Source: a virus
Virus record (IMG/VR): IMGVR_UViG_3300017917_001958
Coordinates: 11,911-75,910 of that record
Reading direction: 5' to 3' (one strand)
Length of the DNA stretch: 64,000 nucleotides
Made by a program: the position numbers and the translations under genes. This document shows, piece after piece, positions 31,537 to 42,614 of the stretch (its first letter is position 1; each line of letters begins with the position of its first letter). The notes below the pieces were generated by a model. That model saw only the letters and a list, made by a program, of their open reading frames with translations. It was not told the DNA's origin and ran no database searches.

Positions 31537-32771
31537 AAAACATATGTTATACCAATTTTAGATCCTATAACAGGTGAATATTGTAATGTCACTTCATTTT
31601 TACCGGATACCTCATACCCGTTTGGTCCTTCATCTTCCACAAGACCGTTAATATCTAAGGTAACAACACTATTGATAGCATTTAATAAAGTAAAAGTTAA
31701 ATTATTTCCATCGTATATAAAGTATTCAGTTGTTACTTGAAGCGGTTTACCATAGGTGTCAAGAAAAACACTATTTTTTCCTCTGTAATATGTTATTGTA
31801 ATTATACTTCCTTCAAGGGGAGGTGTCGTAAAGGTTATTTTTGATGTTCCCGCCACATGATAATAATGAACATCTCTTATTTGTAATAAACCATTTATAC
31901 CAACATTAAATAAAATCCCAATACTTTCACCCACACTAAATGAAGTCTGCATACCATCTGCTGTAAATGTAACGATAGTAATATCGATGTTTTTACTGAT
32001 GTATTTTTTTTGATAATTATTACTTTGTATAAATTCATTCAAAAGAAAAAATCTACTGATGGCAGGTTTTACTTCAAATTCCTCACTATCAATTAAGAAA
32101 CCTAACATTGTGAATTTATAATTTTGAATATAAAATCTACGACCATCTAATGTTTCCATTGGTGTAGTATCTTCAATAGAATCTAAGACTATAGGTATGT
32201 AATGTCCCTTAACCATCGTGTAATCTTGCCTTGATGCAAAATGTTGTAGTACTATCTTATTAAAACGATTTAAATCTCTAAATTTTGTACAAATAATAGT
32301 CACTTCATATGATATATCAACCGGTACAGGTTGTGGTATTTTGTAAATATCTGCGCCCATTGAGTTACCATCCCAAGTTGGTACCGATGCATAATAGAAT
32401 TGATGTCTATCGGGAACCGTTCTTTGAACAGATGGATTTGTACCCGGTTGAACATCAGGTTTTCTTATTGTTGAAATAAAAGGTAATTGAATATTTCTAT
32501 CATCATCAGTAAATTCCCAATTATTTGTAAATTCCGCCCATCTTTGTATGGTCAAAATTTTATCTATCACTGGTATTTTTTTACCGTCTGAAACAACAAC
32601 GAATTTATCTTTAACATAATCCAACATACCTTTATCTAAATCATCATGTAATATTGAATCCGGTAAATAAGAATCTGATTTTGTTATTTTATCTAACAAC
32701 TCCTGTCTTCTTTCCAATAATTGTTTCTCCGTATAAACTGAGATATTAGTTTTTCTTTTTGGGTATGCCAT
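31533..32771 (-). CDS. Tail terminator / sheath stabiliser (gp15-like) with C-terminal beta-repeat domain
   Basis: KIPVI, LPFIS, PVPVDISYEVTI; start refined to ATG 32771 (MAYPK). Confidence 0.6.
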   Translation of the reverse strand: MAYPKRKTNISVYTEKQLLERRQELLDKITKSDSYLPDSILHDDLDKGMLDYVKDKFVVVSDGKKIPVIDKILTIQRWAEFTNNWEFTDDDRNIQLPFISTIRKPDVQPGTNPSVQRTVPDRHQFYYASVPTWDGNSMGADIYKIPQPVPVDISYEVTIICTKFRDLNRFNKIVLQHFASRQDYTMVKGHYIPIVLDSIEDTTPMETLDGRRFYIQNYKFTMLGFLIDSEEFEVKPAISRFFLLNEFIQSNNYQKKYISKNIDITIVTFTADGMQTSFSVGESIGILFNVGINGLLQIRDVHYYHVAGTSKITFTTPPLEGSIITITYYRGKNSVFLDTYGKPLQVTTEYFIYDGNNLTFTLLNAINSVVTLDINGLVEDEGPNGYEVSGKNEVTLQYSPVIGSKIGITYVF

Positions 32772-32772
32772 T

Positions 32773-33285
32773 TTATACTCCTCTAAATTGTGCGTCTTGA
32801 ACCGCTGCACATGTTATTGTTCTATAATATGGTTTGTAACCAAACATATTATGTTTATTATCAGATGTTACTTTACCATCATTTGTTACGGTGTAATATC
32901 TTGTTCTTGTTTCCGACTCAGGATATCCAATATAATCACCATATTTTACATCTATCTTTAACTCATCTAAATGTTTAATATAAACAGATAGGGTCATGTT
33001 ACCGGGTTCATTATAACGAACAAGACCATTTTTATATGAATTATTTTTTGGTTCTTCAATTTTAACCAACGCATTAAATTCTACGGGCGGGTAAAACTTA
33101 ATTTGATCTGAACCAACCTCACCATAAATAGAATCGACTTCAGTTTTTTGACCGTCAACACGATAAAGAACTAATTTCATGTTTAAATCTCCATGAAGAT
33201 ATTCAGAACCAATTTGAATATGAAGATCAAAATCGTCCTGTGAAAAAAACTTGGAACCTCTCGTAATTGGTATTTTATTATCCAT
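32773..33285 (-). CDS. Neck / head-closure protein (gp14-like)
   Basis: SIYGE, PPVE, GDYI; late motif upstream; adjacent to the gp15-like gene. Confidence 0.55.
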   Translation of the reverse strand: MDNKIPITRGSKFFSQDDFDLHIQIGSEYLHGDLNMKLVLYRVDGQKTEVDSIYGEVGSDQIKFYPPVEFNALVKIEEPKNNSYKNGLVRYNEPGNMTLSVYIKHLDELKIDVKYGDYIGYPESETRTRYYTVTNDGKVTSDNKHNMFGYKPYYRTITCAAVQDAQFRGV

Positions 33286-33336
33286 ATTGTTATAAATAGT
33301 TTAAAATTACAATCTATTTATGTATATTTTAAATGT

Positions 33337-35088
33337 ATGGAAATAAAAATCCCCGAAATAGACGCAAAAAATATTTTATTAAAATATGAAGGTGCCAATA
33401 ATCAATTATTGGAATGGAAAAGAAAATTTATTGAAGTTAAAAATTTTAAACTAACCAGAACACAATCGGAGTACGTACAAAAATATCATGAAATATCACC
33501 TAAAATAGCAAAAAAATATATAACAATAGTAGCTAGTTTTGGTGAAAAAATAATGGAAGATAGACTTTTAACCAAACCACCTGAAAAAATTTGGTGTGAA
33601 AAATTATTATGTGAATCCGAAAAGGCATATCATATTTGGGGTAAAATTTTAGATTCTGAAAAAAATTATGCGTTTTGGTTACCAAAAGCATCAATACAAC
33701 AAGAAGAAAAAAAATTAAATAGGGTTATTGATTATTCTAAATATAAATCAAGACCACCCATGGAACATCAAAAGATTGCAATTGAAAAATTATTAGCAAA
33801 TAATAAATTTATTTTAGCTGACGACATGGGTTTAGGGAAAACAACATCGGCAGTTATAGCATCTATAGAAAGTGGCGCTAGAAAAATTTTAATTGTTTGT
33901 CCAGCATCTTTAAAAATTAATTGGGAAAGAGAAATTAAAAATTATTGTGATAAAAAAATTTTAATTGTTGAAGGTCGTAAATGGGGTCACACTTTTGATT
34001 ATTATATCATTAATTACGATATTATAAAAAATTACCATACAACAGATAAAAGTGAAGATAGTGATGATTATAAATTATTGGTTAATACTAATTTTGATTT
34101 GGCTATAGTTGATGAAGCACATTATATTTCAAATGCTGCTGCAAATAGAACAAAATTATTAAACGACGTATTAGAAACAATACCAAAAGTGTGGTTACTA
34201 ACCGGGACACCAATGACATCAAGACCAATAAATTATTTTAATTTATTAAAAATTGTCGAATCACCATTGACATTGAATTGGCAATCATATGTTCGTAGAT
34301 ATTGTAAAGGATTTCAATTTAAAGTTGGAAATAGGAAAATTTGGAATACAAGTGGTGCAAGTAATTTAGATGAATTAAGAGAAAGAACAAAGAATATCGT
34401 TCTTCGTAGAATGAAAACGGATATCCTTGATCTACCTGAAAAAATAGTTACTCCGGTTTTTCTTGAATTAACAAGTAAAATGTACGATGAAGAGTTGGAA
34501 GAATTTACACGTATTAGTAATGATAAAAAAAATGATGAAACAATAAGTGTAACAATAAATCGTTTAATGAAAATTCGTCAATTAATATCATATGAAAAAA
34601 TTCCATGTACTTGTGAACTTATTGATAAATGTATTGAACAAGGTAAGAAAGTTATTGTACTAACTAATTTTACTATGACTCTCGATATGTTACATGAAAA
34701 ATATAAGAAAAATTCGGTAACACTTGATGGTCGTATGAATAAAGATAAAAGACAAGAAAATGTTGATAGATTTCAAAATGACGATAAAATAAAAGTGTTT
34801 ATTGGTAACATTAAAGCTGCCGGTGTTGGTATTACGTTAACAGCAGCAGAAGTGGTTATCATGAATGACTTATCATTTGTTCCTGCCGATCATTCTCAAG
34901 GAGAAGATAGAGCTTATAGATATGGACAAAAAAATAGTGTTCTCGTTTATTATCCGGTATTTGAGAACACTATAGAAAAAATTATATATAATATTTTACA
35001 AAAAAAGAAAAATGTTATTGACCAAGTTATGGGTGATGGAGAATATTCTGAATCTTTTAGTAAAGATTTATTAAAGAGTATTCTTTAA
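33337..35088 (+). CDS. SNF2-family helicase (SMARCAL1/HARP-like)
   Basis: LADDMGLGKT, VCPASLKINW, DEAH, LTGTP, GVGITLT, QGEDRAYRYGQ. Confidence 0.93.
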   Translation: MEIKIPEIDAKNILLKYEGANNQLLEWKRKFIEVKNFKLTRTQSEYVQKYHEISPKIAKKYITIVASFGEKIMEDRLLTKPPEKIWCEKLLCESEKAYHIWGKILDSEKNYAFWLPKASIQQEEKKLNRVIDYSKYKSRPPMEHQKIAIEKLLANNKFILADDMGLGKTTSAVIASIESGARKILIVCPASLKINWEREIKNYCDKKILIVEGRKWGHTFDYYIINYDIIKNYHTTDKSEDSDDYKLLVNTNFDLAIVDEAHYISNAAANRTKLLNDVLETIPKVWLLTGTPMTSRPINYFNLLKIVESPLTLNWQSYVRRYCKGFQFKVGNRKIWNTSGASNLDELRERTKNIVLRRMKTDILDLPEKIVTPVFLELTSKMYDEELEEFTRISNDKKNDETISVTINRLMKIRQLISYEKIPCTCELIDKCIEQGKKVIVLTNFTMTLDMLHEKYKKNSVTLDGRMNKDKRQENVDRFQNDDKIKVFIGNIKAAGVGITLTAAEVVIMNDLSFVPADHSQGEDRAYRYGQKNSVLVYYPVFENTIEKIIYNILQKKKNVIDQVMGDGEYSESFSKDLLKSIL

Positions 35089-36060
35089 GTCCTCAAATTT
35101 TTCAGTTAAATATTTTTCTAAATTTTCATCTTTAAAATTACCAATTGTTATTGTAACTATTTTTTCGGGTTCGGAAACCCATGTAATGTTATTTGTCTCT
35201 TCTGGTTTATTTTTTAAATCAAAAACAATTTTATTCTTTGCACAATGAGTTAACATTTCATGTAAAATTTGTGGTATTGGCATATTCTTTATAATTACTT
35301 TATTTTCTAATAGTTCTTCTGGAAAAAAGTATGTTTCTCCCATCCTACTAATTTTTTCTTTTTGATTTTTAAACACAATAATTCTTGTTTGATTATTTTC
35401 TATGTCAACAAAACAATAATGTGTTGCAGGAGACTTTAAATCGTTAACTGAACTTGTTAATGAAAATGAATTTAAATTTTTTTGAAATTTTCCACTCTTT
35501 ACTTGTATTGTAAATACTTCTCCTGTTGTTGTGTATAATCTAATATCTATACCATTAAAATCATCCAAATCACCTCTATCTAAAGAAAAATGAATTTTTT
35601 TAAATTCATAACCTTCAAATATTTCTCTAAAAATATATAAAAAGGCTATTGTGGTGATTTGACCATTTGACCAAGACTTATTAGTTCTTAATAATAATTG
35701 ATAATAATATTTTGTTTCAATATTATCAGTAAAAAATAATTCCCATTTACTTTCTAAAAAAATCCATAATTTTTTGATGTTGTTAAACCATTGACCACTA
35801 TTAGAAAAGTCTAATTCTTTCATACCTAACTTTACCGCCCAATTATAAAGATCACAAAAACAATATGGATGTGTGTTTATTGAATTTCTCCAACACCACC
35901 GTAAATCATTATCTTTAAGACCAAATATTCCATTTATTTCATGTTTTACCCAATGATTAAATTCTAATCCCTTTCTTTCCATAACATCATTACAAACTTT
36001 CTTGTAACATTCTTTAAAATAAGAATTATTCATTAATATTTTAGCTTCATCATATATCAT
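35071..36060 (-). CDS. Putative PD-(D/E)XK nuclease-like protein
   Basis: DDFNGIDI...TIQVKS motif; start refined to ATG 36060. Confidence 0.5.
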   Translation of the reverse strand: MIYDEAKILMNNSYFKECYKKVCNDVMERKGLEFNHWVKHEINGIFGLKDNDLRWCWRNSINTHPYCFCDLYNWAVKLGMKELDFSNSGQWFNNIKKLWIFLESKWELFFTDNIETKYYYQLLLRTNKSWSNGQITTIAFLYIFREIFEGYEFKKIHFSLDRGDLDDFNGIDIRLYTTTGEVFTIQVKSGKFQKNLNSFSLTSSVNDLKSPATHYCFVDIENNQTRIIVFKNQKEKISRMGETYFFPEELLENKVIIKNMPIPQILHEMLTHCAKNKIVFDLKNKPEETNNITWVSEPEKIVTITIGNFKDENLEKYLTEKFEDLKNTL

Positions 36061-36121
36061 AATGAAAAATATAACTAATATTTTTGGAAAATCATAACAA
36101 AATACCAGATATTTATCAAAT

Positions 36122-37240
36122 ATGAGCACAACAATTATAACCCAAGATCAAAAAGAAAAATTATATACTCAAGTTTTTCACTTATTAGGTATGCCGGTTC
36201 GTGGTATTGAACTTACTGAAGAACAAATGGATACTTTTTTAGAATTATCGATATCAGAATATGAACAATATGTTAGTGATTGGTTAATAGAATCTCAATG
36301 GTCAGCATTAGCCGGGTTAGATATTGATACACAATCTTTAACAAGAGCGTTTACAACAAGAAGTTTAGATTATGAAACACAATATTCATATTCGTATTCT
36401 AAAATTGTTGGATTACAAGCTGGTGGTCCTCATGAATTAAAAAAGGATTTTTTTGAACTAACTAAAGGTCAACAGGTTTATGAATTACCGGCAGGACGTG
36501 AAATAAATGAATTATTATGGTTCACACGTGCAACATTAACAGATTCAATTGTTGACCCATTTTTAGGTGGTTTTGGTGGTCTTGGTGGTGTTGGTTTTGG
36601 TGGTGTTGGTGGTTTTGCTCAAGTAGGTTCATCCGGATCATATTTTATGTTACCGGCATTTGATCTTTTATTAAGAATGGGTGATAGAAATATTAAAAAC
36701 AGATTAATAGGTGGTGAATTAACATATAGAATTACTGCAGGACCCAACGGAACAAAACATGTTCATTTATATAATGTTCCGGGTGGAAAATTTGATTTTG
36801 GTTCAATAACAAATAATAATTTTAAGGTATGGTATTGGTATTATGAAACTACCGATCGAGATACGTGTCTTGATAAGAATAAGGATATTGTAAAATTACC
36901 ATCTGATGTCGATACTGAAGAGTTAACATGGGATAAATTAAATAAACCAGCACAGAATTGGGCTAGAAAATATTTGATTGCTTACGCAAAAGAAGGTTTG
37001 GCTAGAATTTGGGGTAAATTTTCCGGTGATTTACAGGTACCTGATAGTCAGATTAAATTGGATTATAATTCATTGTTAACTGAAGCAAAAGATGAAAAAT
37101 CTAAATTAGTTGAGGAACTTATGCAAAGATTAGAAAGACTCCGCCCCGAAAAAATTCTTGAAAGAAAAGGTAACGAGGCGGAAAATCTTAATAAATCATT
37201 GAAATACAGACCAATGGTATCACCGTTTAATGTAATATAA
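36122..37240 (+). CDS. Neck / head-tail adaptor protein (gp13-like)
   Basis: LGMPVRGIELTEEQ, WARKYLIAYAKEGL...GKF...L..EAKDE; late motif upstream. Confidence 0.75.
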   Translation: MSTTIITQDQKEKLYTQVFHLLGMPVRGIELTEEQMDTFLELSISEYEQYVSDWLIESQWSALAGLDIDTQSLTRAFTTRSLDYETQYSYSYSKIVGLQAGGPHELKKDFFELTKGQQVYELPAGREINELLWFTRATLTDSIVDPFLGGFGGLGGVGFGGVGGFAQVGSSGSYFMLPAFDLLLRMGDRNIKNRLIGGELTYRITAGPNGTKHVHLYNVPGGKFDFGSITNNNFKVWYWYYETTDRDTCLDKNKDIVKLPSDVDTEELTWDKLNKPAQNWARKYLIAYAKEGLARIWGKFSGDLQVPDSQIKLDYNSLLTEAKDEKSKLVEELMQRLERLRPEKILERKGNEAENLNKSLKYRPMVSPFNVI

Positions 37241-40144
37241 TTAACTTTCTATTGCATGATAAGCGAAATCATTACCATTGGTTTCTATGATTTCATCTTC
37301 ATTACTTTTTACACTTTCAGCTTGTAATGATAAAACTTTTCTGTTAAAATCGATCCAGTTTTTATCTACCAATTCTAAACTATTTTCAACATACATGAAG
37401 TATGGGTCACGTTGTACTCTATTCCAAAAAATAACTTCACTATCTGATAAGGTCATGACTTCATCAAACTTGTCTTGACCTTCTTCTTTTAACGGATGAC
37501 CATTAATAAGTTCACATTGTATTTTAGTAAAATACTGTCTATCTTTTGGATCGTCAATTAAAATATCTTCACGAATTTCCGGTTTAAAAACAACCAATAA
37601 TGGTTCAACTCTTTTATTGAAGTTATTTAGATATCTAGCAACATTATATTCACCTTTTAAATCTGGATTGTTAGTGATTTCCTTTTCATCAATCATATAA
37701 CAATTTACATTAAGAACCCAATAATTGGGTGGCATTTGTTTACCATTATTAATGTAATATTCATCTTGTTCTTTTTTTGTCCATTTAGCCTTTCTCTCTA
37801 CGTCACCTGATGATTTTTTATTTCCATTATTAACATAATAAATTGTGTCACCTAAACCCGCAGGATAATCATTTTGAATAATTAATTCCATATGTGCTTG
37901 TCTAGACATTAATGCACCTGATTTAGTTGTTTTTTTAATGTGTTTTTTATAATCATTTATAGATTGTTTAACACGTGCCTTATTTGCTATTTTTGATAAT
38001 GGTATTTCTTTGTTGTAAATTTTCTCAACATAATCATAATACAATTCCACAAAAGATAAACCATCACCATTTAGTAGATATTTTAATCCTTCATCTAAAA
38101 ATTCAACAATATATGTTTGTAATTTTTTAGATTTAATTGTGTTACCGGTTAATTTAATTTTTTCTTTTCCTTTCTTCAACATTTTAATGATATAATTTTT
38201 TCTTGAAACGTTAATACAAGCGGGAGCAATATAATCAATATCCAATCCCATTTCACCTCTCATAAAAATATCATTAAATTCTGCGGTATCGGCTTCAATT
38301 CCTTTATATTCTTTTCCTTTCTTAACCAATTCGTTAAGGCCTAAACCAATATAAACCGTATCGTTAACGTTTTCGGGTGTTTCAAAGTTCACACCATCCG
38401 TATCCATAACCAATGGTTTATATCCTTTTTTGATAAAAAACATAATCATCATTCTAAGACATTGACGACCCACACATGTAATTGTTTCACCTTTATTCAT
38501 GTCACCCCATGGAAATACTTGAGGTGCTGATAAACTACCAAAATAAGCATTAATAAAAATTTTAATCGGTAATTGTTTACGATCATACATTTCTGCCAAT
38601 ACAGGATCCTTATCTTTTAATTCACCGGCCAAATGTTTATATTTAATACGTATATCACGAAAGTACTTTAACATTGATTTCTGTACACCCATAACATCAC
38701 ATTCAGGAAACACATCATATACAAGCTGTATTGATGGATAAAGTGATGCATAGTCAAACTTAACAATGTTCTTTGAATAACCAACATTTAACAATCTTGA
38801 TAAACCTCCTGTAATTGCACGTTTCTCATCTTTTGCAGGAATTGCTAAATTATTTTCATAAGACCATGCTAACATTATTATTTTCCATAACGTTGCGGTA
38901 CCCATGGTGGCAATTCTTTCATAAGTAGTTGGTACCAATTTAGAAAGTAAAAATGTCGATTGGGAGAATGAATCATCTACAATCATTGTCTCATATAAGT
39001 CATCGTCAAGATATTGTTCGACGATTTTTTCACCCGTCCATATTTCATATTTACCTGGATATTTTTCAGTTAACCCATCAGTTCCGGGTTCACCAATTTT
39101 TTTATATTTTCCTGTTTTTGGGTTAACATAATAATAATCATTATCTAAATATATTTTAGATATTTGCGAACCCTCAACATAAACACGATTTTCTTTTTCT
39201 TTTTCTAAATACTTTGTTATATATTTTAATCCCCAACTTTTAATTTCAGAATTAATTGCCTGAGCTCTTCTAACGGAATGTGCAATATCAATTATATTAA
39301 ATCCCCAAATCACATGTTGGGTATATGGTTCAACTTCATTCGCTAATTTTAACATACCTTCCTTTTCCTTCATTCCTTGGGATGTGAAGATTTGTGTTAA
39401 ACCACTAACATTAACCCCCAATATTTCTGCTCTTTTTAATATAAACGGCCAGTCAAAGAATGCAGAGTTATATCCACCAATAATCGTTGGTTTTAATTCT
39501 CTAATATACCCGAAAAATTTTTCTATACATTTTTTTTCACCATCTTCACCAAATGCGGATATCGTTTTTTGTAAACCACGATTATCTTTGATACCTATAA
39601 GAATTATGTTGTTCGTTTCCGGTTCTAAACCAGTTGTCTCAATATCGAATACAAATCTATAAACATCATTATATTCATTAATACCTTTAAAAAGACGTTT
39701 CTTTTTTTGTATTAAATATTGTTCTACCGGAGATAAAATTGTAAAATGTTGTTTTGTTTCTTCTTTCCATGGATCCAATCCTCCAAACCTAAAAAAATTA
39801 ATTAAATCGGTATAACTTTTAATACTTTTTACTAAATGTGTCATACCATTTTCAAGTCGTTCATTACCATGGGTATCTAATTTTTCAATAATAATCCCAA
39901 ATTCACCCATTTTCTTTTTCTGTAATGATTTTGATCCACCATAGAAATTTAATCCGGATAAATCACTTACCCACATAAAAGGGGTAAACGTATCCGTTTT
40001 AATAATTTTTCCCTTTTCGGGGTCTTGAATAATTTTTGAGATTTTGTTAGTAGAGTAATCGTACTCGACACCGACGATATACATTTCATCGTCACCACCG
40101 TTCAGGAATTTTTCAATAACTTCCTGAGAAATAAATTCTTTCAT
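37241..40144 (-). CDS. DNA polymerase family B with 3'-5' exonuclease
   Basis: FDIETTG, YNSAFFD, DYASLYPS, KIFINAYFG, DTDG, KNY. Confidence 0.95.
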   Translation of the reverse strand: MKEFISQEVIEKFLNGGDDEMYIVGVEYDYSTNKISKIIQDPEKGKIIKTDTFTPFMWVSDLSGLNFYGGSKSLQKKKMGEFGIIIEKLDTHGNERLENGMTHLVKSIKSYTDLINFFRFGGLDPWKEETKQHFTILSPVEQYLIQKKKRLFKGINEYNDVYRFVFDIETTGLEPETNNIILIGIKDNRGLQKTISAFGEDGEKKCIEKFFGYIRELKPTIIGGYNSAFFDWPFILKRAEILGVNVSGLTQIFTSQGMKEKEGMLKLANEVEPYTQHVIWGFNIIDIAHSVRRAQAINSEIKSWGLKYITKYLEKEKENRVYVEGSQISKIYLDNDYYYVNPKTGKYKKIGEPGTDGLTEKYPGKYEIWTGEKIVEQYLDDDLYETMIVDDSFSQSTFLLSKLVPTTYERIATMGTATLWKIIMLAWSYENNLAIPAKDEKRAITGGLSRLLNVGYSKNIVKFDYASLYPSIQLVYDVFPECDVMGVQKSMLKYFRDIRIKYKHLAGELKDKDPVLAEMYDRKQLPIKIFINAYFGSLSAPQVFPWGDMNKGETITCVGRQCLRMMIMFFIKKGYKPLVMDTDGVNFETPENVNDTVYIGLGLNELVKKGKEYKGIEADTAEFNDIFMRGEMGLDIDYIAPACINVSRKNYIIKMLKKGKEKIKLTGNTIKSKKLQTYIVEFLDEGLKYLLNGDGLSFVELYYDYVEKIYNKEIPLSKIANKARVKQSINDYKKHIKKTTKSGALMSRQAHMELIIQNDYPAGLGDTIYYVNNGNKKSSGDVERKAKWTKKEQDEYYINNGKQMPPNYWVLNVNCYMIDEKEITNNPDLKGEYNVARYLNNFNKRVEPLLVVFKPEIREDILIDDPKDRQYFTKIQCELINGHPLKEEGQDKFDEVMTLSDSEVIFWNRVQRDPYFMYVENSLELVDKNWIDFNRKVLSLQAESVKSNEDEIIETNGNDFAYHAIES

Positions 40145-40234
40145 ATTTTAAAATTTTAAATGTGACACATTATCTTGTGATTAAATCACAGTTTGTCTTA
40201 ATTACATTTAAAATTATAACGAAAAAAACCGGTA

Positions 40235-40603
40235 TTAAAAAATATTGATAAATAATTTTTCTTTTACCGGTAATATTAACTTATTAGTCGGATTCTGATT
40301 AGTATCTAAAAATTGTATGGTTATTTTACCTTCATATTTACCAATTTCTGATGTTTGATTTTCAGTAAATCTATATACAATATAATATTCATCGGTTGTT
40401 TGGTGATATTTTTTTGTTCTTGTGGTAATTTGACATTGACCGTTTAATATTACGGGATCACCGGTTTTAAATTCGAACATTTCAAAAGTGATACTTGAAT
40501 TTTCTAATAGATCATTAAATGATGATTTATCATTTTTACCATCATCAATCATTTTCATCTTTAATATTGGGTCAGACGCACCTTGTCTAATAAAAAATTC
40601 CAT
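40235..40603 (-). CDS. Hypothetical late protein (BppU-N-like)
   Basis: FFIRQG...Y.F....T...GKYEGKITI...ILP; late motif upstream. Confidence 0.55.
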   Translation of the reverse strand: MEFFIRQGASDPILKMKMIDDGKNDKSSFNDLLENSSITFEMFEFKTGDPVILNGQCQITTRTKKYHQTTDEYYIVYRFTENQTSEIGKYEGKITIQFLDTNQNPTNKLILPVKEKLFINIF

Positions 40604-40691
40604 TATTTTTAATTTTATATATGATAAATATCTTTATGGACAGAATTATTGATCAGTTATCGAAATTCATATTTGCTCAAACAGGTAAAGA

Positions 40692-41819
40692 TTATGGTGT
40701 TGGTGTTGGTGTTGGTGTTGGTGTACTAGTAGGTGGTAAAGTTGGAGGAGGTTCTGGTGTACTAGTGGGTGTACTAGTTGGTGTACTAGTTGGTACCTGA
40801 GTTTCATTTGGTGTTGGTGTTGGAGTTGGTGTTGGTGGATTAAACCCTATTGGTAGATCAACACAATCAGAAACACATTCATTTATAAAATAATATGGTT
40901 TTAATGAAACCAAATAATGATGATAAACATGTATATAGTCTAACGGTTCTTCAATATATTGAACTCTTTTTAATAAAAATTGTGTGGTACCTGTATGAAT
41001 ATTATTGCACCCACTTGTTCCCCCGCCCCAAACTTGAACCATAGGATTTACCGAACTTCTTTTCGACGGGATTACCTCCTCCCAATCTTTTAATTTATAA
41101 ATTGGATTTCCGTTTAAATATATTTTAAGAGTCCCCAACCTACTTTCTTTCTCGTCAGCCCATTTTTTATTTAAATCTTCGGTAATTCCGCCGGAATTTG
41201 ATATTAAATCATTCCATCCACCCTCATTTTCGATATCACAATCAGTTAAATATTTATTTCTATCAAAAGTTATAGTGATATTAAAATCGTTACTTGTACC
41301 ACCAGAACATAAAGTTGGTGTTTGACCTGATGATATATATGAAGATTCAATGTATCCTGAATTACAATAACCGGAATATCTAAATGATTTCCATAAAATT
41401 CTACCATCGTTAGTAAATGAAAATGATAAATTATTATCTAAATAATTTCTTGGGTCAATTTCATTTTTAATACCTAAATAATAAAAAGTACTACCACTAA
41501 CCCATGGTAAATTTTGTTTATTAAACACAAAATTAAGTGTCCAACCTTTTTCAGTTCTTCTTTTTACTATAAAATCACAAGAATTAAATGTATATCCTGT
41601 ATTAACTTCAATTTCCCATGGAATAATTTCATTTAATGGGAAAATTGCACATTGTGAATCGATAATTAATGTCGAATATATTATTGGTGTTGTTAAATCT
41701 AATATATCTGTATTATAATCACCTTCGACTTTAGATATTTCATAATCATAAAGTTCTGAAAAATCTATCTTTAAATCAAGTTTAGACCCATAAAAGTTTA
41801 AAATATTTTGACTGCTCAT
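40692..41819 (-). CDS. Putative structural protein with Pro/Thr-rich C-terminal tail
   Basis: Beta-rich body; ends in (PT)n; late motif upstream. Confidence 0.65.
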   Translation of the reverse strand: MSSQNILNFYGSKLDLKIDFSELYDYEISKVEGDYNTDILDLTTPIIYSTLIIDSQCAIFPLNEIIPWEIEVNTGYTFNSCDFIVKRRTEKGWTLNFVFNKQNLPWVSGSTFYYLGIKNEIDPRNYLDNNLSFSFTNDGRILWKSFRYSGYCNSGYIESSYISSGQTPTLCSGGTSNDFNITITFDRNKYLTDCDIENEGGWNDLISNSGGITEDLNKKWADEKESRLGTLKIYLNGNPIYKLKDWEEVIPSKRSSVNPMVQVWGGGTSGCNNIHTGTTQFLLKRVQYIEEPLDYIHVYHHYLVSLKPYYFINECVSDCVDLPIGFNPPTPTPTPTPNETQVPTSTPTSTPTSTPEPPPTLPPTSTPTPTPTPTP

Positions 41820-41820
41820 G

Positions 41821-41861
41821 TTTATATAAATATCTTTACTAAGATTTGATATTTATATAAA
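41821..41861. promoter_or_regulatory. Back-to-back divergent late promoter motifs
   Basis: tttatataaatatc (41821-41834) and its inverse gatatttatataaa (41848-41861) at the strand switch. Confidence 0.75.
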
Positions 41862-41873
41862 AAGTGTATCTAC

Positions 41874-42614
41874 ATGAATAATTTTATAAAACAGGTAATT
41901 GAAGAAAAATTTGCATCGAAAGCACAACAAAGGTTTTTTTATGCTCAAGCAGGTAAAGGCGGAAAAAAAGGTAAAAAATGGGGTAAATGGGCTAAAGAAT
42001 TTTCAGATAAGACTGATTTTAGTAAACTTCCGGAAAAATCCGAAGAAAAAGAAGTTGATGAAATAGTCGATAAAAATGGTAACATTATAACAGGTAAAAA
42101 ATCAACAAATTTCAATTCTAAAGGAGTTACTGATGATTGGACTGCAGATGAAGTGGTTAAAGCTGGTGCAGGGTCCATGGGAACACATGGAGTTCATGGT
42201 ACCCATACATCTCTAAGATATTGGGCTGAATCGGATATGAGTAAAGCGTTAGGATATAATGATACTTTAGCGAAAGATGTCGATTATGAAGATGCTGAAG
42301 AACATTTTAAAGATGATTTAGGAATTGATGATTCTGAAACCGAAGAAAGATTATCACAAATGGGTTATGATAAAAAATTACCTGAAGATAAGGTAAGATT
42401 AGTTGAAAATCCAAAAAAATTCATGGAAGAATACATTGAAAGTATTATAAATAAAAAAAGTAAAGAAAATGATATTATTTCAAAAGATAATCAAATTGAT
42501 GAAAAAGAAATAAATCCTATAATTATTAAGCAAATTAAATCATTAAAAAATACAATGAGTAGTCATAATTTAACTCTTAATGACATTATTAAACACCTAA
42601 AAGATAATGAATAA
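41874..42614 (+). CDS. Hypothetical late protein (FASKAQQRFFYA basic motif)
   Basis: ORF; N-terminal KQVIEE followed by a basic segment. Confidence 0.7.
   Translation: MNNFIKQVIEEKFASKAQQRFFYAQAGKGGKKGKKWGKWAKEFSDKTDFSKLPEKSEEKEVDEIVDKNGNIITGKKSTNFNSKGVTDDWTADEVVKAGAGSMGTHGVHGTHTSLRYWAESDMSKALGYNDTLAKDVDYEDAEEHFKDDLGIDDSETEERLSQMGYDKKLPEDKVRLVENPKKFMEEYIESIINKKSKENDIISKDNQIDEKEINPIIIKQIKSLKNTMSSHNLTLNDIIKHLKDNE

Noticed and set aside
40636-40800. Plus-strand ORF MDRIIDQ...GVGVGV
   Set aside because: Mostly the antisense shadow of the Pro/Thr repeat; no independent support.
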